Source of the DNA: Hormiphora californensis
Taxonomy: Eukaryota; Animalia; Ctenophora
Direction of reading: 5' to 3'
Assembly: GCA_020137815.1 (NCBI GenBank)
Contig: CM035354.1
Span: 620,001 to 684,000, forward strand
DNA: 64,000 nucleotides
A program made the translations under genes and the position numbers. Within the stretch, counting starts at the first letter, position 1, and every line of letters starts with the position of its first letter. The notes under the pieces were generated by a model that was not told the DNA's origin, searched no databases, and worked only from the letters and a program-made list of their open reading frames with translations. Of the stretch, positions 12,301 through 24,799 are shown one piece after another.

Positions 12301-13930
12301 TCGGGATATGCATCTTGAAGCGAACATTGAGAGTAGCGAGGCGTTTGAGAGACAATGTCAGAGCACTCAAGACATCTTGGGTAAGATCAAGCATTTTGAG
12401 TTTGTAGGGAGACGAAAGATGACGGAGAAAAACCTTGCCCACCTGGGAATATCTCGTTATGAGTTCGATATATTTTACGAGAACAAGGATAGGCGAGAGT
12501 TCTTTATTATTGATGCCCAATTCCAACTGAGAGGAAATATGAGCCTGGAAGAAGAAAGTCAGCAGTTCCATAGTTCCATTTATGACGCAATGATAACTTA
12601 CCGGAGTTTGGATGGCCAGTGGGCGGACTTCCTCCAGAGTTATCTAGAGGGAAATGAGATATTGTGTTGGAGAGATCAGAGGATTGAAGTGGGATCTAAC
12701 TGGAGCTCCGGACATTACCTCTGCAATCAGAATGGCCAAGTGTGAGCTGTGTTTGCTGTCGGAGGAGTATCTCAAATCGGAGATGTGCACTAAAGGAAAT
12801 CACCATTGCATACTGATTCGGGGAAACTGATTATCCCCATTGTTCTACCGTACACAGACCCAAACAAGAAGAGACCGCTGGTAAAATCAACCTACAAACC
12901 GGCCTACCCACCTCACCAAATCAGTCACGAGACATCCCAGTCAACATGGATAGACTTCCGCCCTGCATCCAACATTGAAAAGGACCCGGGCGATATCTTC
13001 GAGTTTACAGATCAAGTACGAAGCTCCTCTGTCCATCCTTCTCAATCGACTCCAAGCTCTCAAAGAGTAGATCCCACATTTGTGATCCTGAACGGTCAGT
13101 GGATTCCTGACTATTCAGTGATACGAAGGGACACCAAGTTAGGTATAGGATGACCTTGGAGCATAAGGCCAGGATTCCCCAGGGTCTCTTGCAGGAGGCT
13201 AGCGGGAAGCCAATAGGGCGGCTGTCTGATCAGTCAATTATAAAGGGAACAAGGCTTGCTGCTGCACTTTTTGAAACCAGGAACATCATCATCGGGTCTT
13301 AGGGATGAAGGGAATGATGGCTGGAGACAGCAGGTAATTATTCAGATTCTGTTCTAGCTTCTTGTTGTGTTACTAGTTATTACACCAACAACGTCCTCCA
13401 CAAGCGTTGTGTGGTCACTTTTCTGAATCTGATTTACTGTTTTGTAGATACTGTTTGTCTCACATTTTATTTCACCCATTTTCAGGTCCTTCTCAGGGGT
13501 TGTTCTCGGATCTACCACTCGATCCAGTATCTTTGCACAGAAAGTAATCGACTCCTCCAACCCAGTCACCCTTGGCCCCATCATGTTCTGTGCCTAACTG
13601 CAGATAAACCAATGCCAAACTACCCCCTACTCAAGAAGACTCACCCGGAGTACTCGAGAGATGAAATTAAAGAAATGTTCGACAAGTTTTGTGAGATTGA
13701 CTGAAACTGGCGACTACCGGCTGTCAGCTGATGAGATTTGTGTGTGTTTAAAGAAAATTGGGAAACCCGTTCCCAAAAGGATTGTCCAGGAACAAATAAG
13801 GAAGTTCGATGTGAGACAGAGTGGGGTTCTAGAGTTCGATGAGTTTCTCAACTTTTTGAGAAGCCTGGGAAAGGGTGAAGCTAAGGGGGTGACAAGTGGA
13901 AAAACTAGTACAGTGTGCTCCATTCAATAA
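9305..13930 (+). CDS. Large multidomain protein: three TIR-like domains each followed by GxW-type beta-barrel repeats, C-terminal EF-hand pair and CaaX (CSIQ). One intron (13334-13485); several 1-bp frameshifts in 12710-13702
   Basis: The 1152-aa ORF ends inside a TIR domain (YDAMITYRS.D..WADFL...L....I.CWRDQRIEVGSNWSS). Removing single extra bases at about 12710, 12795 and 12814 continues it as DITSAIRMAKCELCLLSEEYLKSEMCTKEITIAYDSGKLIIPIVL. EF loops DETGDYRLSADE and DVRQSGVLEFDE; stop at 13928-13930. Confidence 0.72.
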
Positions 13931-14373
13931 GCTTTACCTCTGCAATGACTGTGATGGATTTTGCTCCTTCACAAATACTATAACTGAGAGGATTCAGAAT
14001 TTAGTGATTTAAGTTTTAAGGCTGGACTCTTTTACGTCAGTGTGTTTCATCAAGACAGTACATTTTGTGGTCCTCACTTGCTTGATTTTCACGTGTACAA
14101 CAGCTCTAGTTTTATTGTTCAGAGAGTTTATACAAGACACAGCTCAACAAAATGTAAAAATTTCCGTGGAAAGTTGTGACAGACTGGGAAGAAGCAAAAT
14201 ATTCTTTTATTAGTTCAAGAGTTTTTATTTTATTTTTAGGGTTGGTTAAATTGTAAAGAAATGTATAAAGTTGTTAAAAAGTTCACTTTTGTAACTCACG
14301 TCTTATATATGAACATTGTTTTCACTTGTCGTCATTCGTTAAAAACCTAACTAACATTATCTCTAGTAGAAAC

Positions 14374-17300
14374 ATGAGTACCGACAGTAAGCAGAACAAA
14401 GCGGATGACATCTACAGCGGATTTGAGAACTTTGGCTACGAGGGAGACTGTGAGAGTTTACTAGACAACGACTTTGTTAGGGATGCCATCAAGACAAGTT
14501 ATGGGCAGCGTAGGGCACCCCTTCCAAACCACTCAAAAAAGTGAGTACCCATGTTTCATACCAATCATTGATTCATAATACGTACCACACATCAAGCATC
14601 GGCAAGCACCACTGTGAATAGTCATCTTGTCAGAACATCTTCTCTGCTCAGAACACCTCCAAGTCAAATAATTCACAGCGCACCTCCGTTATCCATGTCA
14701 AATCCACACTGCACGCACCTCCAAGTCATCGAAGACAAATTCAGAGCACACCTCCAAGCCCAATGCCCATATTCTGACCGCCTCCTCCTTCTTTAGCTCC
14801 TCAGCTTCATTCTCCTGACCTGATACTATCGCAACAACAGAAGTGCTGCATCTATCCCATTGTTATACTAATCGAGGTAAGTGGCTTGGCTCAGATTAAT
14901 TTCGGTGCAAGGCACACTCAGTGTTACAAGTGGAATGGAAGTAACCGAAAAGGGTATGTTATACGTCATTTATCCTCCTAACCGTTCGTCCCACGTGCTT
15001 GGTGACAGTACGAACAGTTCAACTCCTAAAATTTGTCTCTTCAGTTCAACAGTTCAACTCCTTACATTTCTCTTCAGATCAACAGTTTAACTTCTATAAC
15101 TCATTTCAGATCACCATTGCCAAGACTAAAAACTGGCAATCAATCAAGTGGACCCCTGACACCCCTCAACACTAGCTGCTTTACCGTTGAAACAGAGTAC
15201 AACCCCAACACCAAGACCAGGCCACTGACAGCTGTGCGGGCTGCTGGGTTTACTAAAAGTGCTGGAACTAGAAGGAAGGTATCTCCGACATCCCCTTCAC
15301 ATGGGAACAGTGGTAAGATAACATGAGTGTTGTTAGTAACCTAAAATTCAAGTTTCAACCTCAGTTCCTGCCTTTCTACCTAGCAGCTGTCTTTTAGTTA
15401 AACTTGATTAATGACCGACACCCCCAGCCCTGTTTTCAGAGGTGCCGTCTAGAAGCCAGATAGTGTTGGAGGAGACCCCTAGGGAGGCTAACAGGAAGAT
15501 GGAACTGGACATTATAAACCTGATTGAGGAGTGCTCACGTGACATGGAGGCTAGAGATGTAAGTTGTATAGTGCTTCGTCATATTGGCTGCCCGCATAGC
15601 GCTGCCTAAGACGCTGCCAAAGACACCAAAGACATTAATTGCACCAGTCACCACTGTCACCACTTGTCTAAAACTTGACTTGTCATCATGTTTTAGCTGC
15701 GCTTACAAATATATCCCCTTCTTCAGAAGCGAATGGCCCTTCAGAAAGCCAAGAAAGCAGTTCACAAGGAGAGGTTATTAATGAAGCACAGAGACATCGA
15801 GGGGATAGAACCTGGTTCATTCCTAGATGTTTCCTATAGTGTTCGGTTAAATCTAGCAGTCCTCTACGAGGCTAATGACCTGCCCGAGGAAGCTATTGAG
15901 GCCTACCAGGAGATAATTCGAAATAAGGTACGATTACTTAGTATAATAGTTGTAAAGTGTATTAGGCATCGGAAAGTTAGGACTCCTTCGACCTTGGAGT
16001 TATCCTCGTTTCAGGGATATTCTTGGCGCTTACCCACCTAAACATTCAAGTTACTACAATACATTCAAGTTACTACAATACATTCAAGTTACTACAATAC
16101 AATCCCTAACAGGCCTTCCCGAACGCTGGCAAGCTCCGTGTCAACCTAGGTAACCTTTACTTTAAGATGGGTCGGTTGGGTGAGGCTATCAAGGAATACC
16201 GACGAGCCCTGGATTCCATTTCGGAGGAGTTCACTCACATCCGATCTAAAATACTGATGAACATTGGCACCATCTTCGTCAAGGTAATATTACAGAACAA
16301 TTATAGGACAGGAATATTGGGCACATCCCATTACCGAGAGGAAGAGGGTACAGTTAGTTCATATCTATCACCGTTTTGCCACAACAAGGCTCTAAATAAA
16401 TGTTGCGTTTTCGCAACGTCGGGCTCTAATGGGTTAATCTAATTAATTAATTAATTAATCTAACACAACTCTTGATTTCCAGATGGAACAGTATTCGGAG
16501 GCAGTCTCCTCTTATGAGCACATTATGAAGAAATGTCCCAACTACCATACAGCCTACCATTTGGTCCTGTGCTATCATGCCCTGGCTGACGCTGAGAAAA
16601 CTAAACGTGCATTTCAGGTAACATGAAGCTACTTCCACCACAATTGTGTTTCTTGGCCTGGGATTGGCCCCGGGGCGCTTGCCAGCGCTGTGATGAGTCA
16701 AATTAGTTCATGTTTTACTAAATCCTTGTTCCCATGGTGATCAAGTTGGTTTGTTTGAAAGTTTGTTTGTTTGTTCTGAAACAAGCACTTTCCTCAGAGA
16801 CTCCTGGCAACGTATACAATCGGCCACACCTCACAAGACAGTTACACTATCTCCAATGAAAACATACCTGAGCTGCATGTTCTGTTGGATGCAATCAAAA
16901 CTGACTCATTGTGCAAGGTTCGGAACTTGTTATTTACATTTCCTATTGTGACAAGTGAAAACAAGTTTTTTTCACTTGTCACAATAGTTAAGCTCTCCGC
17001 ATCCCCGGATCGAGCACTCTACCAGGATACTAACTTCTACATCTAGCTAGTTATTTACATTTCCCATTTCTCCCCTTCTGTATCATTCCATTTCACTTCC
17101 GTTTTCTACTTGTTGTTGCTCTAGTTACCATGGTAACCAGGAGTATTATAGGTAGACTATCAACTCACCAGCCCCTCTCTCCAGATAGAGACCCGTCAGA
17201 AAAGTGAAATGGAGAGGTTCATTCTGCGTAGTGCCCAACTGATCGCCCCCTACATAGAAGAATCTGAGACTGATGGGTTTGAGTGGTGCGTGGAAACGAT

Positions 17301-20300
17301 AAAAGCATCCCCTTACCGAGACATTGCCTCAGAGTTGGAGATCTCCAAAGCTATGATAATGTTAAGAAGGAGCAACTTCACCGAAGCAGCAAACGCCCTG
17401 AAGCACTTTGAGAAACAAAACACGAAGATTGCATCTCATGCTGCTAATAATCTGAGTTTCCTGTACTTTCAGAAGGGAGAACTTGAGGCAGCTGAGAAGT
17501 AGGTTACCATAGAAACCCAAACACGGGTTGTCATGTCTGCATATATTATACTGGTATATCTTAACATTCTCTGAGCTTCTAGAATGAATATATTACAGCT
17601 GTAATATATATATTACAGCTGTTGTATTTCCACCCGTCATTCGTCTTTCTACTCTCTTCTTTTCACTCCCTGGGTTCGTGGTATTCTTTCCTGCATGGGG
17701 TCCGCAAAGATTCAGCCTCGCCCCCTCCCATCCCAACATGTGAATGCCCCATGTTACCGCCCCGTCACAGTATCATGGTATATTAACCGCCCTCCCTTTC
17801 TATCAGGTATGTGGATGAATCGGTACAAAACGACCTGTACAATTACCGAGCATATGTCAACAAAGGGAACGTGCTGTATGCTAAGGGACGGTACCAAGAA
17901 GCTGCCGGTTACTATAATGGTGCCATCGCCATAGAATCAGGTGAGTTATATTTTTAATTGGTTTCAATGATCTTGTTTTGATGATTCGGAACTATGAATC
18001 TTCCCGAAGACTGCCTACAAGAACAAGAACAAAATGAATTACAACGTCTTACCTAACCTATCTCCCCTCTCTCCAGACTGTGTGGAAGCACATTACAACA
18101 TGGGTCTTTGTCTCAAATCAATTGGAAGCTACAGAATGGCAGAGAAATCCTTCAGCAAGTACAATTCCATTATTTGTGGTTGTCCAGAAGCTCTCTACCA
18201 CCTTGCGACAATATCGCTAGCGCGAGGAGACGTTCCAGAAGCAATCAACAGATTTACCGAGATATTGTCCCTCATTCCTAACGATCCATCTGTCTGCGTG
18301 GAGCTATCCAACATCTTTAGGTGGGGGGAGATTTAGTAAAATATATGGCACATTTTTGGTGGTTTAGTAAACTTAAGGCACTACTGGACTTTCAGCCTGG
18401 GCTTTAAATCCTCAATCTTTTCCCTAATACTTACACAATACCGTAATCTGGGGTAACTTTGTTTTGCAGGGTAACTTTGGACACTTTCAAAATTTGGCTT
18501 TAGTCCAAAATTACCAACAGATAACGACAGATTTGGCATAATTTTTGGGTGTACAGTCGGACCCCGATTTAACGGCACCCTCGGGGGAAAGGGTTTTGTC
18601 CGTTAAATCGGGGTGTCCGCTAAATCGGGGTCAAATACTGTTAATTTTCTATATCGGGGGAAGATTAGGCTGCCGTTAAATCGGGGTGCCGCTAAATCGG
18701 GGGCCGTTAAATCGGGGTCCGACTGTACAAGTAATTGACCTACAAATGTCCAACTAACGGTACAATTATTTTTCTCAATCCTTTGCTAATCAGCTCCTAA
18801 TTAGGGGCAAACATAATTGATGTCAAAATCGCTTAAGGGTACACCTGGCGTTTTTCATCATCGAGTGCCCAACCAAATGACTTCACCAGGGTTTAGGCCA
18901 TACAAAATGGACCTCAAATATGCAATTTTAGCCCTAAAGTCGAATTCATATTTTTGCTACAGCCTATTTTCAAAGTGGAGTTTTTTCAATTTTTGTTGGA
19001 ATTTTTAACCTCAGGACCACTTTTTTTGAGATAGAAACATTAAATTCTTGGAATTTGAAGAGAATATAAAGGTGAATAAGCCCAAAGAAGGATTTTTGAA
19101 ATGGAGCCTATTTCTGGCCATGAGAACGGTTTACTTTTTTGCTTCTTTGACACGCTGGCTGAGAATGTTCCCATGCTTCATTAGAGATGAAAATCTGGAA
19201 ATAGTTGCTCAAAACGATTATCTATGTGGCCCAAAAATTTTGGAACTTTCCCGCCAAAGATGCGGTGTACAGAGCTTGTTTTGTGAAACCCGTCTTTTTG
19301 AAAAAGAGGGAAATTCCCTGTATCTCAAAAACGGATGATCGTAGAGACCTGCGACCAAGCTTAATCGATTCAGAAGGTCCGATTTGGGGGGGGGGGTCTT
19401 CTGAGAGACATTTTGCTCCTACTCCAACCGTTTTTGCTGTAATTGCGAAAAACCAATTCTATGAACAGGGGAAACAACTCTATTCCAGTAGCCTGCTTCG
19501 GGCTGATTTCCCCCTTACTTGCTGATACCTTTTTCGCAATTACAGCAAAAACGGTTGGAGTAGGAGCAAAATGTCTCTCAGAGGACCCCCCCCAAAATCG
19601 GACCTTCTGAATCGATTAAGCTTGGTCGCAGGTCTCTACGATCATCCGTTTTTGAGATACAGGGAATTTCCCTCTTTTTCAAAAAGACGGGTTTCACAAA
19701 ACAAGCTCTGTACACCGCATCTTTGGCGGGAAAGTTCCAAAATTTTTGGGCCACATAGATAATCGTTTTGAGCAACTATTTCCAGATTTTCATCTCTAAT
19801 GAAGCATGGGAACATTCTCAGCCAGCGTGTCAAAGAAGCAAAAAAGTAAACCGTTCTCATGGCCAGAAATAAGCTCCATTTCAAAAATCCTTCTTTGGGC
19901 TTATTTACCTTTATATTCTCTTCAAATTCCAAGAATTTAATGTTTCTATCTCAAAAAAAGTGGTCCTGAGGTTAAAAATTCCAACAAAAATTGAAAAAAC
20001 TCCAATTTGAAAAAAGGCTGTAGCAAAAATATGAATTCGACTTTAGGGCTAAAATTGCATATTTGAGGTCCATTTTGTATGGCCTAAACCCTGGTGAAGT
20101 CATTTGGTTGGGCACTCGATGATGAAAAACGCCAGGTGTACCCTTAAAATGTTCAAATCAAAATGGGTACCATAGATTTGACCGGGCTAATGACCGAATC
20201 AAGTTTGCTCCATAGAGTGGAGGGGTTTCGATCAAATAATTCGGGGCACCATTTTTCAAACCCGATCAATTACTTTAATTGAGACTAATAGGGGTGGCTA

Positions 20301-22962
20301 ATGTTACCCCACCATTTTTTGAATTTTGGGGTAACTTTGGACGGGGTGCCAAAGTTACCCCACACTACAGGTTTGGAATTTTTGATGTCTGTAGAGTTGC
20401 CTTAGACCCTCTCTGAATTGTTTAGGGCCATATAACCTAGATTCAGCCCACTCCACGCCCATTTCCATCCATCTATTCGATAGGTTAGTGAAAAAACTAG
20501 GATTTGAACTATTTAATGGAGCTAAATCACAGAAATCTGGCCTGAAACCCATCAAACTTCAGTAATTTGGGGTCCCTCATCCATCCTGTAGCTTGTTAGA
20601 TGGTATTGGATCTCTAGGCGAGTGTTCTAGTTCTTGTAGACAATCTATGCAGGAGCACAGGTACCAAAACTCCTTTATTTAGCCAGTACCCATTATAAGT
20701 AGACCACTTCCTGTCTATCCAATTCAGCAAAAAGAACTAACACACTCGCCTAGAGGGCCAATACCATCTACCAAACTACATGATGGATGAGGGACCCCAA
20801 ATTACTGAAGTTTGATGGGTTTCAGGCCGGATGTGGCAACCTCTAAATCAAGTCCGATTGAGCTGAAATTGTTTCATCATTCCTCACACCCAAAAAAGTT
20901 GAGTCGACATCAACAAATGTTTTTTAAATCATGGGGCGTTTGGCTAACCCTATTGTTCTTTTTTAATTTATTGACCCATTTAAACCCCATTTAAACATTT
21001 TAGGTTCATTTATTTATCATTGCAAAATGTTCGGATTTATGTTTGATCCAATATTACTATCGTGGGGTAACTTTGGACGGGTGTCCAAAGTTACCCCACC
21101 CTCATTCCAAAGTTACCCCATGCCCTAAAACCCCACTTACACTAAAATACACGCTAATTAATGTAATTAAATGAGAGGGGACCAAAAATTTCACTAGTTA
21201 TATCTGGTGTACTAGGTCTGGAACGGGATTATTTGGTTCAAAAATTTTCGAGTGTGGTTCTGGCAAGGAGTTATTTTAGGAGAATGCTAAAAAGTGGTAC
21301 AAAGTTACCCCAACTTACGGTACTTGTTACTCAACAAAACCAAACCCTTTTTCAGTGACCAGAGAGATGAAAGTAACGCACTGCAGTACATGTTTGAGGC
21401 GTATAAGAGTAACCCTGCCAGTGTTCACGTTCTCAGTTGGATCGCACAGTTTTTCTTTCACCACAAGAACTATGAGAGGGCGGGGCAGTTCTTTGAAAAG
21501 GCAATCCTGGTTAGTGGGCACTGTATTTATTGGGGTAATATCAGGGAAGGGGCGGGCACTCCTGGTTATTGAGCACTGCAGTAGCAGTAATGGGGTAATA
21601 TATCAGGGAAGGGGCGGGCCATTAGTACAATTACTGGAAACTACTACCCAGTACTCCTCCCCATTGCGTGTAGCAATAGGGGATGCGGCTGTCAGAGCAT
21701 TGGCCTGACAGGGATGGGGCAGTTACCATGGGGATGAGAGGAATCAGGAAATACTGGTCCCTGAATGGCTGATAACCAGTCACGTGACCTAAATAACGAG
21801 TTCTGATTGGTTGTTTACTTGTGTCGGTCGGTTCATGCCTGACAGGGATGGGGCAGTTACCATGGGGATGAGAGGAATCAGCTAGAAAACACAGCTTTTG
21901 TTATTTGTTATGGGATATCACCCGATAGAAATGTAAGCTACTTCCCTAATTCTATATACCCCCAGGTTGAACCAAACGACAGTAAATGGTACTTGGCAGT
22001 GGGCACATGTCAGTTAAGGTCAGGGAACTATCACGACTCCCTGGAGACGTACAGGGTTGTTCATGCCAAGTTTCCCCGGGATATCACCTGTCTTAGATCG
22101 CTGGTTAAACTAACTCAGGACATGAACTTGAAAGATGCAAAGGTAATGAGAGAGGACCTGGGAAGTAAATTTTGTCAGAACTTGTCTAAAATCTTGTCAA
22201 ACAACTTGCTACTAGATATTGTATTAGGAAGACTATATTCTAATACAATATCATTCTCGAGAATGGAAAGTGCTTCAATGTAAATGTGGCTACTATTCTG
22301 GATTCATCAAATCCCAACTAACCGACCAATTTCAGATGTACGAGGAGAAGTTGACCACGCTGGAACAGCAGGCCCACAGTGAGGTAGTAATGACACCTAC
22401 CTCCCCAACTAAACCCCCTCCCTCAACCACCCCTACCAGTCTATCTGGACAGCTCTCCCGAACTAAATCTCGCTCCATCTCAAAACTTCGCCGGACCAGC
22501 TCTACCAGCGTTGCTAGACCCAAGACTCGCCGAATGACGAAACGGGTAAGTGGTGACAGGTGTGTTTATGAAGGAGTCGTGACGTCACTCTGACAGAAAA
22601 GGTGGCCATCTGTATTGGTAGTTGCCCCCTATCTCGCTCCTTTCACCAAGTCATAGGTGTAATGACAGAAAAAACAACCCCGCTTACTAAGAATACCCCT
22701 GACTAAGGATTTAAATACTAAGATATACTTAAAAAAACCCATCAAAATATATTTAACAGATACCAACAGAATATATTTTAAGACTATTACTATAACCCCC
22801 CCCCCCCCCCAGATAAGTGAAGGTGGGGTATCTGGTGGAGTTCCCAGTAGTGATTCCTTTGGAGACATGGATCTAAATGAGATGTTACCAGGGTGTTCCC
22901 CCGCCTCATCCAGCTCTACAGTACCGGACATTAACCTTCCCAATGAGCAACAACGATCCTAA
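14374..22962 (+). CDS. IFT88: Intraflagellar transport protein 88 (TPR protein), about 14 exons (approx. 14374-14540, 15110-15278, 15440-15558, 15728-15927, 16113-16283, 16483-16617, 16798-16917, 17185-17498, 17806-17941, 18077-18319, 21356-21509, 21966-22142, 22336-22545, 22813-22962)
   Basis: DDIYSGF, AIKTSYGQR, RPLTAVRAAGFTK, ALQKAKKA.HKER, SAQLIAP.IE...GFEWCVE.IKAS.Y...A.ELEISKA, RSGNYH.SLE.Y..VH.KFP..I.CLR.LV.L, RPKT and DSFGD..LNEMLP all follow IFT88 order. Confidence 0.92.
18554..18725. mobile_element. 172-bp pogo/Tigger-like MITE; related fragment at about 60860-60924
   Basis: TA|CAGTCGGACCCCGATTTAACGGC ... GCCGTTAAATCGGGGTCCGACTG|TA. Confidence 0.85.
18837..20143. mobile_element. 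1.3-kb foldback element with TTAA TSD and GG...CC termini (Kolobok-like)
   Basis: TTAA|GGGTACACCTGGCG ... CGCCAGGTGTACCC|TTAA; ~615-bp near-identical arms around a ~75-bp spacer. Confidence 0.85.
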
Positions 22963-23190
22963 CTTGGGTGTTCCCCCGCCTCATCTAGCTCTACAGTACC
23001 TGACATTAACCTTCCTAATGAGCAACAACGATCCTAACTTGGGTGTTCCCCCGCCTCATCCAGCTCTACAGTACCGGACATTAACCTTCCCAATGAGCAA
23101 CAACGATCCTAACTTGGGTGTTCCCCCGCCTCATCCAGCTCTACAGTACCGGACATTAACCTTCCTAATGAGCAGCAACGATCCTAACTT
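22891..23190 (+). repeat. 75-bp tandem repeat x4 spanning the IFT88 stop codon
   Basis: Unit GGGTGTTCCCCCGCCTCATC...CAACGATCCTAACTT at 22891, 22966, 23041 and 23116. Confidence 0.95.
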
Positions 23191-23389
23191 GTAGTCCTTG
23201 GCAACTGAAAAACAATGTCCCTAGTAACCATTGGTATAGAGAATAATGTAACAGTAAAGTGATAGCTGTGCGTGTGTATACAGACAATACGATACTTTTT
23301 GACAGAGAGTTTTTATTGCAATTTGTACTTATTTTTCCAGAATTTTCTATTTAAAACCTCAAAATTGTCCTTTAAATTTGGCACACGAT

Positions 23390-24552
23390 TTAAACACCTG
23401 AAACAGCAGATGCCGAAACAAGACTTGGAGAAGCACACATCGTACCATCCTGTCCTGCAACATTAGCTTTAAACAGTCGCTCACTTCTCATTTGAATCCC
23501 TTGGGTCCCTGGAACAACAGCCGCCATTTGAGGTCTCACACTACCAGAACTGAGAAACAATGTCAATCTCCTCCTCACGCTATTCCCCATATCTCTCATT
23601 CTCAAAAGATAGAGACACGGGTTAGCTGCGGCGTTGAGGGCTATAGCCACAACTGTGGAAACGTTCCTGAAGTACCGATTCTCTTTGTCCCAGTTGAAGA
23701 AGGGTGTTCCCTCCATACAACTTCCACAGCCCCCAGTACCTCGTATACCAGTGCAGGAATAGTTAAATACCACGTACAATCCGGTAAAGAGAATGATGGT
23801 GAGGGTGGCAGACCTGCGTCTCTCTGCTATTTCCTTAACAATAGTGACTGGTGAGGGTCTACCAAGACCACGTACACTGAGGACACAGGACACAAGAATC
23901 AAGGGGCAGGGGAACGACTAACTCTAGAATGATACCAATCATGTAGAACATAGTGAATCCCACGCTTCTATACTCATACATCTCACCCTAACAAACAGAA
24001 GCACTGCACATACTCGGGGTAGTAGGTGTAGCGGGTGAGTCTGATGAATGGGATGAGGCCCTGGATCAGGAGGGCTGCGAGGAAGAGAAGGAGTAGAGCG
24101 GTAATGGTAGAGCGGTGGATCCTTATGAAGGGAAGGTAGATAACTAGAGTCCGAGTCAGGCTCAGCACCGCCACAAGGAAGATTGAATAACGCCCAACTA
24201 GGTTCCACAGTACCCCCCAGACATCACAAAACAGATCAGATGAGAAGAGGAGAGGGCTCCGGGTGCCAGTTAGGTAGGAGAGAGAGACAGGGAGGGCTAG
24301 TAAGGATGTCAGTAGGTCTGTTACTGTGATCATCGTGTAGATAAGAGCGGAAAGTTGTCTGGTTGCTCGGGGTGCAAAGTATCCTATACTGGTAGCGTTA
24401 CCAACCAGTCCAAACACAAAGCAAAGTCCAAGGATCAGGCCGAGGGTGTACTCCATAGCGGGTGTTAGAGACATAACTGTAACAATATTACTGTTGTTTG
24501 TATTTGTAACTGTAACAATATATTGGGAGATGACATTATAAGGAGGGGTCAT
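23390..24552 (-). CDS. Class A (rhodopsin-like) GPCR 1, intronless, with frameshifts at about 23900-23990 (error or pseudogene)
   Basis: TM1 GLVGN, TM2 VTDLL, ECL1 Cys, TM3 LSLTRT, ECL2 Cys, TM6 TLTIILFTGLYVVFN, TM7 NAAANPCLY. Confidence 0.8.
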
Positions 24553-24799
24553 TCAAGGAGAAACGTGAAAATGATGGGCACCGGTCCCAACATTATATAT
24601 GCAGCGAGAGAGACATAACGATCTTATATAAGAGACTGCATCACAGGTTCTTTACCATTTCTTTCCACGGCGCCAGGTGTGTCTAACAATTCAAAGTAAC
24701 CTTTAGCTCTTGTCTCTCAAACAAAGACAGTACTCGGTAGAATTAGTTTTGGCTCTTTGTCCCCAGCTAATTAGCCCTAGTGTAGATTATATTCACTTC

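Larger units (their letters stand above)
18441..21320. mobile_element. Non-autonomous TA-flanked Tc1/pogo-type element filling an IFT88 intron; hosts two nested MITEs
   Basis: TA|CCGTAATCTGGGGTAACTTTG ... CAAAGTTACCCCAACTTACGG|TA; internal GGGGTAACTTTGG motifs and an inverted repeat at 20539-20828. Confidence 0.75.

Noticed and set aside
12743-12745. TGA as the true end of the 1152-aa ORF
   Set aside because: It falls mid-TIR, and the domain continues cleanly in shifted frames.
19048-19932. Mirror-image ORF pairs in foldback elements (also 8147-8568)
   Set aside because: Artefacts of palindromic MITE arms; no transposase motifs.
22877-23194. 105-aa repeat ORF
   Set aside because: Alternative frame of the 75-bp tandem repeat overlapping the IFT88 stop.
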